64,000 nt of DNA, from contig NC_047062.1 of NCBI RefSeq assembly GCF_902459465.1, forward strand, positions 15,190,001-15,254,000, in the 5' to 3' direction. The stretch comes from Asterias rubens. Taxonomy: Eukaryota. The notes beneath the pieces are model-generated. The model saw only the letters and a list, made by a program, of their open reading frames with translations, did no database searches and had not been told where the DNA came from. Positions 22,104-34,439 of the stretch are shown here, piece by piece. The first letter of the stretch is position 1; the number at the start of each line of letters is the position of its first letter. Position numbers and translations under genes: made by a program.

Positions 22104-25100
22104 ATGGCTCATCATGGTTGGAATGGAAGGAAGGATGTTCATCTGTCCAAGACACTGACCTACGTGTTGAGACACAAGGCTGTTGAGCTTGGATTCAACA
22201 TTAACTCAGGCAAGTATACCTGGGCCCAATTTCATGGCTCTGCTTACCGTAAGCACAGAATCGGGGCGAACGGAAGCAATGAATTCTGTGCTAACGCCCA
22301 GCGTATTTCACGGGATAGCTCGGAATTTAAGCTTGTGCACGTGTGTACTCCATGTTACTAGGCATTCTACGCTTACACAGCTACATGTGTAGTGCAGAAA
22401 TTCTGCGCTTGCTGTGCAAGCGGAGAATGGTGATCATAAGCACAGAATTCAGCGGTTGGCCTTAAGTTGTGATAATCATAACCCTCCATCCTTTTCAGGA
22501 CTTTGGAGGATATAAATATATACAATCATCACAACTAACTAGGGCCCAATTTCATGGCTCTGCTTACCGCTGAATTATGCGCTGACAATCGCCATTCTCT
22601 GCTTACATACCTTCAAGCGTCGTTGGGGTCAATAATTAGGATTGACCAGGATTGTGGGAAGTACTAAGCCACTTCTCACCCATGAAATGTCCCATATGGT
22701 CTGCGCCTCAAATAGCCTCTCCTGGTCAAACTTCTATTGCCATGCTTCACATGCTGATCCCTGTTGCGAACTGTGGGCAGAGGTGTAAATCCGGGTTTCT
22801 GGCGCCTTAAAAACCAGATTGCTGCGTGTAGGTGAGGCTTGTCAGCCATGGGAGGCAATCCAACTAGGAGAAGGTACTCTGATTCCAAACCCGGGCAGGT
22901 GAGGCTCGTTAGTCATGGGAGGCAGTTCACCTAGGAGAGGGTACTCCGATTCCAAACCCGGGCAGGTGAGGCTCGTTAGCCATAGGAGGCAGTTCACCTA
23001 GGAGAGGGTTCTCCAATTCCAAACCCTGGCAGGTGAGGTTCGTTAGCCATGGGAGGCAGTTCACCTAGGAGAGGGTACTTCGATTCCAAACCTGGGCAAG
23101 AGGGGCTCGATAACCTGGGAAGCAGCCCTCCTAGGAGAAGGAAAACTCTGATTTCAAACAAACTACGTATGCTCGCTGGCAGCAGGGCGATGCAGGTGGA
23201 AGAAAGCACAGACAAGAGGTCTTCCCAAGTCTCTCCACCACCGATGTCTGGCGAATGATCCTATACTTAGGACAACGGCAGAGGTCACTCAACCCAGTTA
23301 GCGGGGCACTGCAGGGCGATCAACATGGTGTCCAGTCATCGGGCTTCTGCTCTCCACTGGGTAGCGTCATGCTGATCCAGGGGGGTACTGGCCGAGTGAG
23401 GCGCGTCTTCCGTGGTGGTACCTTAAACACTCTGCCCAGGCATGTTTTGCCAAACAAACACAATGTAATCCACCAAGGTGTACCTGCATCAGTTGTTTTT
23501 AACTTGTTTGCTCTACAAAGTCGTTATCGCTTAGCGATAGACAGCCTATGAACATTGCTTTTTTTTAAATACAGTAAAAACAAAAAAGCACCTCATCTAA
23601 AATCACTACCACAAATGTTTATTTTGTTGCATTCAGGTGGTTACGTCAATGTAGATGATCTCCTTTCACATTCTTTGTTTCGTCAATACACACTGGATGA
23701 CATCAAGGAAGCGGTTGCTAATAGCGACAAACAACGCTTCACATTAAGGAAATGCCCCTCCTCAGAACAATTTCAAATATGTGCCAATCAAGGGCATTCT
23801 TTTGTGGTAAGTGTGTTCTTAATTTAGATTGAGTAATTTTGATTGTAATGCACTGGCATGTCAACCTGGATGTTGCAGGTTCAAATCCCGCTCTAGTTAT
23901 TTTGTTCCACCCCAAAAATTGGTTTATATTTACTCCGATAATTTCCCTTGTTGGTTTTATCAATCATTCAAATCTGGTTTGATTGTGATGCAGTACATTT
24001 AGAACACAATTATTGGAGTGAACCAAATTTAAAATGCTTTCATTTCTTTAGAAAGGAAATAGTCTTAGTGCCAGAGGTTCTTGTTAGAGTTGGTAAACAG
24101 AAATAAAGTAGAACAGAAACGAAAGTGAAAAAGTGCTAATTTGACATTTGAATTGAGAATCAACTGTGGTCCTGGGTTGCAGCAAAAATGTTATTCTAAT
24201 AATTGGTTGATTGGCAGGCATCTTAAAATAACACTAAACTAAGCTCCTCGGAGTTTCTGTATTTCTATGTTTTCTTCCTTGTAGCCCTTTACCTAGAGTG
24301 GCTTTAAGCCTTGTTTTGGCCGAACTTGCATAAAAAACAGGAGAAAAAAAGGGTTGTCCTGAATGGTTCTTCAAATTCATTAAAATTATCCTTTAAAATC
24401 ATGCTTAAAATATAATCACACGTTGTAGGCAAAGAGAAGCAAATGTACACACTGTTAAGGCTTCTGTTCTTTCTCACCCCACTAATAAAACTTTAAATTT
24501 TATGCTCTTTTCTGAGGTATGATTGAATACTGTACATGTGGTGTGTCCCACCCCCCCCCCCTGCCCGATCATACTAAAAAAATACCAAAGCCATTTTGAG
24601 TGGAATTTGAATCCATGACCACATGCAGGGCAGTTGTTAACTACTAGCCCACAGCGTTACTTACTCTGATGCAGTAATGACATCAGTTTAATACGCATTG
24701 TATTGATTATAACATCATAGATATGTCTTTCCTTTTCCAACCTTAGTTGCCAGACTTGGAGCTGACACCTATCACAGATGTATCTCAATATCCAACGGTG
24801 GTTCACGGCACGTACCTCAAGTTTTGGGATTCAATAAAAACCCAGGTTAGAATGTAACACATAATGAAAATTATCACAAAGACAAATTGTAAAAATATTT
24901 ATCTCTGGAGCAACTCACTTAAAGGCACTACACACCTTTGGTAATTGCCAAAGACCACCAGTATTCTCACTTGGTGTATTCCAACAAATGCATACAAATA
25001 AAAAATCGTGAAAAGTTGGACTCAATTGGTTGCAAGAGACTAATGAAAGAAAAAACAGCCTTGTTGCACAAATTTGTGTGTTTTCAGATCAGGCCTTTTT

Positions 25101-27377
25101 AACATTTGAGTGAGAAATTGCCTCTTTCTCAAAAACTGTTACTTCAGAGGGAGCCGTTTCTCACAATATTTTGGCCATCATCAGCTCTCCATTGCACGTT
25201 ACCAAGTTTTGTCCAGTTCCTTCAAGGATATTGTTCTGTCGAATGATTTGCCTATCACAAAGACCGACTGTTCGGTTATTGAAAAAGTGCTGGGGGAGGA
25301 AAAACACTTCCAGAAATATGTACCTTTTTCAACCAGTCATGCAAAGGTCTTAGTGAAATTGTATCTGCCAACAATCCAAGTAATAATACTTATGTCGATT
25401 TGATGTGTTTTTTTCTTCTTCAGGGCTTAAGTCGAATGAATCGAACGCATGTTCATTTTGCTCAGGGTGAACCAGGAGAAAGTAATGTGATTAGTGGTAA
25501 GAGTGTAAGTCTTTCTGGATTTATATAATCACCTTTGGTTAAATTTGTAGATGTTATGGCATGAATCAATTAAATTTATGTTTGTGGTAGTTGTTTATAA
25601 TATAGTGTGCCAGTACAGTACATAAAAAGAGCCCCACGGGGTGTCGTGGCCGAGAGGATAAGAGGACCGAACTCAAGCTCTGGTTGTTTTTGTTGAGCAG
25701 AGTGTGGTTCGAATCCCGGTTGTGCACTTGTGTCCTTGAGTAAGACACTTGACCATAAGCTTCTCTCCACCCAGGGGTAAATGGGTACCTGTGAGGGCAG
25801 AGTTGGTTCTTGTGATGGATTAGCTTAGTGCGCTACATATTTGGCGGCACAGGCTGTATACAGATGAGATGGTTTAAGAAATGATTTAAGGCCCAGTGAC
25901 CAGGGGTAATAATGTTGAGGCGCCATGAGTGTCATGGATCTGAGCGCTTTATAAGAAGCCACTATTATTATAAAAAACATGACAGATAAAAGCTTTGCTT
26001 AAAAACACGAGATGAATAAATTGATTTGGGTTATCGAATTCTTCGAAGACAACCCAGAAGTCACAAATAAATGCCGTTGAAACGGTTTAAATATTTGCAA
26101 ACAGTTTATCATGGTAAATTAAAATTAAAATGAACAGGCTCAGTCGGGCGAATAAACTGTTGGAAAAGTCTACGAAAGCTTGAAATAAAACCTGGAGATT
26201 ATTGTCAATATTGTTCCTTTTTTTTAAGACGACAGTGTTTTTTGTAAAATCGCAAAATTACTCTTCGGATAGGATGTTGTGTTGTGTACAAAGCCGTTAG
26301 GACAGAAATCAGTAACAAAACGTATTTGCTTTCCCTTTCTAGGGATGAGGCGCTCCTGTGAAGTGATGATCTTCTTGAATCTCGAAAAAGCGTTAAGTGG
26401 TAAGAAAAAAGCAATCCACATTGAGAATAATTAAACATTTAAACATTTAAAAACATGTATGAAAGGGGTCCTCCTAATTAACCTGTATAAGAAGTGCACT
26501 GTTTGGTTTGGGTGTACAAACATATTTACTCAAATCTAATAGTGTCATCAAAGTATGTCCACCATATCTCAAAATGGCTAATGTAATACAAGATCAGTGT
26601 TAAGGTATGCTAATCTTGTTTAACAACTTTGCTATCCATTTTTGATGTCATTGTTGTTGAGTAATCACGAACAAAGGAAAATTGACTAGAGCGGGAGTTG
26701 AACCTGCTTGATTAACGTGCCATTGCTCTACCAACAGAGCTATCTTCTAGTTGCCATCTCCCTAATATGTCAGTATCTGTGTTTGTGTTACCAGTCAGAA
26801 GCTCATTAGTAAATTTGTCTTTGTTCAACCCCAAATTAATTAAAATATACTAATACTGGGTTTGAATTATGAGACCTAATCCTTTGATAGAACCATGTTA
26901 TGTTTTACAAGGTGCTGTGGCGCAATTTTCTGCAGATCAGACCAGGAACACAGGGGCGAACCCATTCTCTTTTTGATAAGTGCACTTTTTTTAAACAACT
27001 GGTTGGTTTGTATATTCTTTGCAGCTGGGCTCTCATTTCAAGTATCAAAAAATGGAGTGATTTTGAGTTCAGGCGATGCGAATGGTCTTATACATCCACA
27101 GTACTTCAAGCAAGTCATCAAAACGCGCCCACGTAAGTTGAACATTTCTGTCAACAACTCAATTTATTTTGGCAAGGTATTTTGAAGATTTCACTGTTTA
27201 TGGTTTGTCTCAAAGTTCATGACCTTTTGAAATGAAATTTGTGCAGGTTAGGTTAATTGTATTTACATGCATCTACATTATGATCAAAACAATCAAACAA
27301 GTACAGGTTTGACACATTGCATTTTTGTATTTTTTATTTCAGGTTGTTTGATATTTAGCGATGGAAAAGCTGTTTGA
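22104..27377 (+). CDS. TRPT1: tRNA 2'-phosphotransferase 1 (Tpt1/KptA family), ~215 aa
   Basis: Exons 22104-22209, 23637-23806, 24747-24845, 25424-25496, 26343-26399, 27025-27132, 27343-27377; total 648 nt, in frame to TGA. Family motifs: LSKTLTYVLRH, DKQRF, ANQGHS, VVHGT, GLSRMNRTHVHF, SGMR, SKNGVILS. Intron 1 needs the donor CAG|GCAAGT. Confidence 0.95.
22605..23430 (+). mobile_element. GC-rich insertion resembling the 5' leader of an RTE-clade LINE
   Basis: Contains GGGTTTCTGGCGCCTTAAAAACCAG and CTAGGAGAAGGAAAACTCTGATTTCAAAC, which I recall from RTE-type 5' leaders (unverified). It is sharply more GC-rich than the flanking intron and has no intact ORF2. Confidence 0.5.
22830..23160 (+). 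repeat. 67-bp tandem minisatellite, ~5 copies
   Basis: Unit AGGTGAGGCTCGTTAGCCATGGGAGGCAGTTCACCTAGGAGAGGGTACTCCGATTCCAAACCCGGGC starts at 22830, 22897, 22964, 23031 and 23098. Confidence 0.92.
23830..23960 (+). mobile_element. Degenerate tRNA-related repeat family B; minus-strand copies at ~26660-26835, ~41290-41460, ~42575-42800
   Basis: Shared GGCACGTTAATC...GGTTCAA(A/C)TCCCGCTCTAGT...TTTGTTC(A)ACCCC core with A-box-like TAGCTC.GTTGGTAGAGC in the better copies. No intact cloverleaf or anticodon arm. Confidence 0.55.
25615..25970 (+). mobile_element. tRNA-derived SINE (family A), near full length
   Basis: A box GTGGCCGAGAGG, B box GGTTCGAATCC, central TGTGTCCTTGAGTAAGACACTT...CTCTCCACCCAGGGGTAAATGGGTACC domain, and 3' GAGCGCTTTATAAGAA...(TAT)n tail typical of L2-partnered SINEs. 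Confidence 0.8.
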
Positions 27378-28131
27378 CTCTTTCTAGTAGAAAGAAATCA
27401 AAACTTTTCTATGGAATTCTCAGGTCTAACGGGATGCAGCTGTATTTGTAACATCAGATAACTATTCATAATTCATCACCAAGAGTGGCAGAAATGCACT
27501 TTCTTGGAATGCTCAAACGGTGTAAAAAATTGAGAATAATATCTGCATAATATGTCAACTTTTAGACTTTGCATACAACACTGAACAGCTCATGGTTTAG
27601 GTAGGGTAAAAGGTGTTTTTTGTGAACATAGACACAATAAAGTCACATACGAAAGTTCAAGCTGAATAAAAGAGTCTACTTGTCAAGTAGATAGCAATGG
27701 TTTCTCAGAATAAATGTCTTTGGATGAAAAATTATCCGAATCACATTACTACAAAGGGAATACTTTCTCAAAATAGTTTATACCATCATAGTTTATACCA
27801 AAATAGTTTACACAGCTGCAGTGCTTGTCACCAAGTTAGTTTTTAAGGCCATTAATTCTTTGAGTTTGATAAAACACAACAGTCTGACGCGCTTACATGA
27901 TTGAAATACATGTACATGGAGATGAGATGAATGATAACATCCTCCAAAATTTACTTACCGCCCATTTACAAGTGTTTTAAAACTAAAAACATTTGGGCTG
28001 ACTTTCACAGAGCTGCTTAAGCAGGACACCAGTCACCAGTCTGCCATGTAGGTTGGCTGGTAACCTTAGTCTGGTTAGCATAATTTTGTTGTGCTTAGCA
28101 TCTTTTTAAATCACTATTAGACCAGGAGTAT

Positions 28132-28514
28132 TTAAAGGCACTGGGCACCTTTGGTAATTGTCAAAGATCAGTCTTCTCACTTGGAATATCTCAACATGTA
28201 TGCATAAAATGACAAACCTGTGAAAATTTGGACTCAATTGGTTGGCGAAGTTGCAAGAGATTAACGGTTGACAAAACACCCTTGCTGCACAAGTTGTATG
28301 CTTTCAGATGCTTGATTTTGAGACCTCAGCTGAGGTCTCAAATTCAATTCAAATATTTCAGTGAGAAATAACTTCTTTCTCAAAAACTACATTACTTCAG
28401 AGGGAGCCGTTTCTCACAATGTTTTATACTATCAACAGCTCATTGCTCGTATTCAAATAAGTTTATATATCATGATTATTTTGAGTAATTACCAGTAGTG
28501 TCCAGTGCCTTTAA
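28132..28514 (-). mobile_element. Full-length K1 MITE nested inside an H1 MITE
   Basis: TTAAAGGCACTGGGCACCTTTGGTAATT ... AATTACCAGTAGTGTCCAGTGCCTTTAA. The right TTAA continues directly into the H1 terminus GCAGCTCTATGAAATTGGGCC, and the H1 left end is at ~27995. Confidence 0.85.
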
Positions 28515-28566
28515 GCAGCTCTATGAAATTGGGCCGCGATGTTGGTGGATGAGATGACATCACAGG

Positions 28567-31500
28567 TTACTTTGTAGTGTCTACAATGTCCTGCTTCCAC
28601 AAGAATTCTGGCTTATAAGGTGCTCCTTCATCACAACTGTTGGTGCAAGTGTAAACGATGAGGGTGCCCCAATCAATGCTGTTCTCCAGACTGTCAACAC
28701 CGAGATGAATGAGTAGTTGAGGTGTAACCTAGACCAGCAAAACAAAGCAATGGGGGATGTTATATGCGTATTGTAACATAAAAAACAGTTGATTGTAGCC
28801 CACACCTTGAAGTGGCCTTCAATCTATATTATTATTTGATATATAAAAGAAATATTGACTGCTTAATAGTTGGGGCACAGTTATGATTTTGAAATCACCT
28901 TGGGTCTCTAATTTTAAATGTGCCCCTCATAGCAGTCAATGTTTCTATACTATAGGTCCTTTTGGTTGCTTAGCAGTTTGCAACAGCTAAATCTATTTTC
29001 CCATTTGTTTCCATTGTCTTCAACCACAACAGACAGAACACATACAAGCCAAACATCTTAGAGGGGTTTTGACCAATAAAGGGGGGGGGGGGGGAGGGGG
29101 GGGGGTCCGATCAGGTCAGTGAATCCAGTGATTTGGTCAGAAGGGTGCAACAAAACCTCTGGTAGCATCCTTTGTGTACAAAAAGAGAGATTATTATTTA
29201 GATTATTTAGATTTTACCTGAAACTCGAACTGTCTTGCTGAGCCACAGTTGCCGCAGGGTGGGACCTGGCTTTTCTGAGGTCGTTTCTCTCTCGATATAA
29301 GAAGTGGCTGTCCCGCGCGTTCATATCGTATCACCTACAATCAGCACAGAATAAGCAAACAATGACTTTTTCTGAAGAAAATCTTCCTACTTTTTCCTAG
29401 GGCCAAATATCATGCAGAAGAATGCTTTTATAATTATCTTAAATAACTGTGCAAAATGTTCTAATTTTTTTTACTTAACGTGTACATTTTCATTACAATT
29501 TTTGTTCAGAGAGAAAAATTACCATGAACCAAAAGAAGATGAATAACAATTGAATTTTCTGATAGAAAAATTACCATGAACAAAAAGGAGATGAATAACA
29601 ATTTAATTTTCTGATAATCGGCACTGCCACTTTCAAAACTACTTTGATTTGGGTTTTTAAACTTGTACTGTTGAAGGTAGAAATCATAAACACTATTTAG
29701 ATCAAAGCATTTTAGATCAAAGCACTGTATCAGATATCTGTGACAAACTTGTGCCTGAAGAATCATTCCAGCCTCCCCCCCCCCCTGTTTTACAGGTCTC
29801 CTTATACTTGCGAGCTACATTGATTAACTTTAGCTTCTGAAGCATCCTAAGGATGGTTGTATTACCAGAAATATACAATAGTAATAGTATGCCAAACAAT
29901 AATTTTTACAACTGTTTTTGAATATTTAATGTTAAAGGAATTCATGATTTTTGTAGCTGTATTTATTTTTAAATTAAGTGAATATGCTTTTAAAATGTGT
30001 CCTATGTAAGTTTACAAAGTAATTTTTTAAAGGGATTGGGTTACTCTTTGTAAAACAAACACAATGTCCACAGTAATGTACATTAAACTTTGGTTTGAAG
30101 ACAATGATGGTAGAAAGCTTCCCTTAAAATATTACGAAATAATTATGGTAAATGATGCACTGTAGTCTCCTGAGAAGTACATTATTTATGTGACATTGTT
30201 TAACTTATTTCTCAAAAAATACAGCACCTCAGCAGCTAATATTTTAAGGGAAGCTTAGCTTCCTACCACCATTATCATCAAACCGTGTAAGTTTAGTGTA
30301 AATCTAAATGTTACTTGTAATGCATTTAGTAACCGTTTTATTTGAAATGAGAATAAGCAACTCTAAATTAATAAATTGAACAAATACTGTACCTGATCTG
30401 GCTCATGTTGGATGCGTTTCTTGAACTTAGCAAACTGTCTGTCATCTTGACTCTCAGCCATGGCCATCTTCTCCAACTCTTCCACATCCAGCTCATCATC
30501 GACCTCTGTCGTCTCTTTGGTTTCCTGGTGCTCTGTTGCTCCGTTTTCTTCCTCATCCAGCTGATCATAGTCCTCTGGTTCTGTCACTAATTCAAACTCG
30601 GGAAATAGGATGTTGTTGTCACCATTGCCTGTAGAACCTGTAGACAATTTAAGGTTTAGATAATACTCAACTAGACATTTTCCTGTGTTTAACTTGTTTT
30701 TTCCTTTGATTTTCCTGTGTTTAATTTTTTTTCTTCATTTGATTCATATATTTGGGGCAGCCTGTTTTGGGGTAGCAGAAAAGGTGGGGGTCAAAGAAAT
30801 GTTCATTTGACTTTAAGTGAGTCTTTAATGGAGTTGGGGGGGGGGTCTATATTTTGCCAAGGGGAAACATTTCCAAGAAGTGCAAGATATACAAATATGC
30901 AAATATCGAAATTAAACAAAAAATTAATTAGTAGGCCTACAGTACCCCAGTTACTGGTCTAACACATAAGTACAAACAAGTATGAGTAAGGCCTTTGTGT
31001 ATGGCTCTCAAGACTTTTTAGTTAGAGAGTTACCAACAATTTAATAGCACGTTCTATGTAACTTTAATGGCACTGGACACATTTCGGTGATCACTCAAAA
31101 TAATTGTGAGCATAATTGACTTGTTAACGATCAATGGAGAGCTGTTGATTTGATAGTATGGAACATGTCATTGTGAGAAACGGCTCCCTTTGAAGTAACA
31201 TAGTTTTTGAGAAAAAAGTAACTGAAAGCACACAACTCTTGTCTACACAAAGTACTTCTAGAAACTATAGTATAAGGCTCCCCCGTGCGGTCGCACCAAA
31301 TACCGACAACTCACGACAACTCGTGAGTGGTCGGTAGTTAATGCGACCGGTCCTACGACTGGTCTTACTTTGACAATTACCATTAGTATCCACCGTAGTC
31401 TTTTAATTTAAGGAATTGCTATGTATTTATAAAAAGGAGTTGTTGTAAACCAAACAACCCATCCTCTATGTCGATGATGGTCTTTGAGATTGACTGTCGA

Positions 31501-32974
31501 CATGGTCAGGGTTAGTTTGGTTTACTATGTTAATGTTGCAGCTAAGCTTGGGCGGTTCCAGAAATTTGGGGCTCGGTTCCGGTTCCAAAAAAAAGCTCGG
31601 TTCTGAGACATACCCGGTTCCACTCAATATAAAACATAAGTCGCCCTTCCCGAGCTCACACACACACAATTTAGCCGATCTATTTTAACTGAAAATAACC
31701 AAGTTAGTCAGACATCGGTCCGGAGCTCACACACACACACACACACACAGACAATTGGAGCCGATCTATTTAAAAAAAAAAATTAATACCAGAATACCCA
31801 CCAAGTCAATCAGACATCGTGCCACCGAGCACCTATTCTCCATGCATTTATACAAGTCTTTGATTTGGCCGGCAGCAGTACGTCCGTAGTGCAGCAGTAC
31901 GTCCGTGGTGCAGTACGTCCGTAGTGCATGCAGTGTGCCGTCTCTGTACATAGAAGTGTACATGCCTATACATGCATACAGTACTGTGTGTTTTGTGCAT
32001 GGGACAAGCTTTTATGAATATGGATATATCGGCAGCCAATCACAACGTGCTGTCTGGTTGGACTTTGGACTCTGTATATCTCAGCATGCATGAGATATAC
32101 AGGTGGTGGTTGTAGATGCCTATGCATCTGTGCACTGTGTGTTGTATATAAAGCAGCCACATGTGATAGTTGATGCTCATGTCGGCTTGAATGAAGCCTT
32201 TGCACAGTGTATCTGCGGTCACCGTTTTCAACATCAAGCCTCATTTTCTGGAGCCGGTTCGTCCCAGGATCGGCTCCACAGAGTCTTTTATAATTGGGAC
32301 TAGGTCTTTTGAAATCGGAACCGACAAAAGCGGGTACCCGGTTCCACAGAAGAGTGAAACCGCCGGTCTGGTTTTCAATTTGGAACCGGGTAGAACCGGG
32401 TAACCGAAGGAACCGCCCAAGCTTAGTTGCAGCTTATAAACATTCATTTCATACCTTTCACTCCACAGCTCGCTTTATGTCCCGCTTTCCAATCGACTTT
32501 CTGATGCTCTCGGCTACAGTAACGAACTTGACATTTTGAGCATTTATTTCCTGCATGACAACCGCACACTGCACACAGACCAACAACAAGGCCTTCGGCT
32601 TCGTCAACAGGATTATCTTCATCAGGTGGTTCATAATCGTAAAACTCATTTGCTCTTGGGAGCTGGCTTCGTAAAACCACGAAAGCTGCAGTGTCTTGAG
32701 AATGACAAGACGGAGCTTTACATACGAAAATAAATAAAGTCCGATGAAAACACCTTTCCAATGTCACAACTGGGCAGTAAACTTGTATCAGAAAAATACA
32801 CACTTTACCACACTTTGGACACTTGAGCCTGTCAGAATTTGGGATATCTTTTATCGATAGCCAGGCAGGCTTTCCACCAACTTTGCTTGGAAAATATTTC
32901 CTGGAAAGCCTGCATTTTTCTACTTTTTCAACGAACCCCAAAGTAACTTTGATGCTCTCCGTGGGCGCAGCCAT
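28567..32974 (-). CDS. PDCD2: Programmed cell death protein 2 (MYND zinc finger + PDCD2_C; uS5 chaperone family), ~347 aa
   Basis: Exons 32974-32455, 30637-30393, 29334-29218, 28728-28567; total 1044 nt, all GT-AG. Motifs: FPSKVGGKPAWL, QVYCP, CFHRTLFIF, MYND CAVCG..CSKC..RYCSREHQKVDW..GH, EPDQVIRY, CGNCGSARQFEFQVTPQLL, IDWGTLIVYTC. Confidence 0.96.
30026..30335 (+). mobile_element. TTAA MITE family K4, partial; full copy at 56679-57044
   Basis: TTAAAGGG...AAACACAATGTCCAC...GATGGTAGAA(A/T)GCTTCCCTTAAAATATTAC is shared with 56679-57044, which ends AAAACCCTTTAA. Confidence 0.65.
31543..32425. mobile_element. 883-bp non-autonomous hAT-type DNA transposon with a perfect 8-bp TSD, in PDCD2 intron 1
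   Basis: TSD GTTGCAGC at 31535-31542 and 32426-32433; perfect 17-bp TIR TAAGCTTGGGCGGTTCC / GGAACCGCCCAAGCTTA; many subterminal GGAACC/GGTTCC motifs; no transposase ORF. Confidence 0.9.
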
Positions 32975-33329
32975 CTTGAAATCTTAGCTCCAGAGCCACA
33001 AAGAGTTTTCAAGTTGTATAAAAAGACTACATTATTAAATGTTTACTTTACTTCAAACTATAAAAAATAAATTAAATGTTCACCAAGATTTACTATCAAA
33101 AATAAAATGTTGTTTATCTTTTGTTGCAGTTAACAAAATACATGTGTCTTTTAGAAGTTGTTTTCAATATGCCCAAAATAGACCTTATCGCAAATACCAA
33201 TACCAAATAAAATGTTTTGGGTAGCGCCCTCATCGGCAAAGCTAGTAGAAGTGACTCATTTTAGCCTAGCCCGGCCAAGATCTAGCTGTGTTGTTTGGTT
33301 AAATACTGTGTCAAGCTGTCAATTATTTC
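32975..33329. promoter_or_regulatory. Probable bidirectional promoter (PDCD2 / unidentified small gene), including a putative untranslated exon ending at 33329
   Basis: The PDCD2 ATG (AAGATGGC context) at 32974 points left. A plus-strand donor TTC|GTAAGT at 33330 would splice to the acceptor TTCTGACTTCAG at 34400. Confidence 0.55.
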
Positions 33330-34439
33330 GTAAGTGTTTTTATGTTTCTTTATAACAATTATTATGCACAATAGATTGATAATACCCTAGATATTGTTTG
33401 GCTGTTGCTTTTGCCGTTCCTCTGATTATGCAGCAACTTATTCTTAATTTTGAGCGAGGGGGAGGGTGTGTTATAAAGCCATTGGCATGGCATTGGACAC
33501 TTTCGGTAAACAGTATTGTTCAAAGGCGTTCAAAGGCCGACACTTCGTGTATCACAACTTGCATATCAAATAACGACCATGTGAACATTTTGGCTCATTC
33601 AGTCATTGGAGTTGGGGGAAAATAACGGGAATACCCACCCTCCGTTTTCGCACATTTCGCCGTGTCATGACATGTGGATGATGTGTTTAAAATATCCGTA
33701 AATGGCGTAATTCTCGATATCGAGAATTGATAATTGTTATAATGTTTTCTCAAAAAGTAAAGCATTTCATGGAATAATATTTTAAGGGAAGTCTTTCACC
33801 ATTACCTTCTGTAAACCCTGTGAGTTATTTGTAAATCTGTGATTTTTTTTTTCTTTTTTCTGTTCCAAAAGTGTATAATGCGAATGGCTTTAATGCTATT
33901 GTAAAGTACCATAAACATCATACATATGATAAAACTAAAAGTAGGTTTGAGCGTTGATCATGTCGTGTTGGTTGAATGAACTAACATGAAGAAGACTGTG
34001 TACTAATCGTAGGGTCATATCCTGGTGTCATGTGTTTTCAGTAGGATAACAGGAAAATTGTTCACTTGTAATAAAAAACTAAACAATTAAAAAAAAATCA
34101 TCTATCCAACTGTTTTACAATGACACTTATTACACTTCATCGTGTGTTGAAATCTGAAGTTTTGTTTTTCTGTTGCGAGAGATAATCCACTTTACAGTGC
34201 ATGTGCTTTTTACTGTTAACTATGAAGGTAGTGTTAACTATTCTTTAAAAGAAAGCCAGTGTGTGGGCTAATAAATATTCACTGTATCAAAAAAGTAATT
34301 GCTACTTCAGATCTTTTGCATTTTCTTTTTCCAAATGTGGTATAAAAATTGCAAATTTATGATTCATTGATTGTTAACAGAACTCTCCTTCTGACTTCAG
34401 GAGCAAATCTTGCACATATTTCCAGCAAACTCTGTCAGT

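Noticed and set aside
22830-23160. Regularly spaced repeats as a possible CRISPR array (also the arrays at 21165-21875 and 37503-37660)
   Set aside because: The units are contiguous or irregular with no unique spacers, there are no cas genes, and the context is eukaryotic introns.
25615-25720. tRNA gene candidates (also at ~23850, ~26700, ~36050, ~41330, ~42600, ~63540)
   Set aside because: Only A/B boxes are present, with no intact cloverleaf, and each continues into SINE or repeat body sequence.
28567-32974. The PSMB1-TBP-PDCD2 linkage known from vertebrates
   Set aside because: No TBP or PSMB1 exons were recognised here. Absence within 64 kb says little without the wider scaffold.
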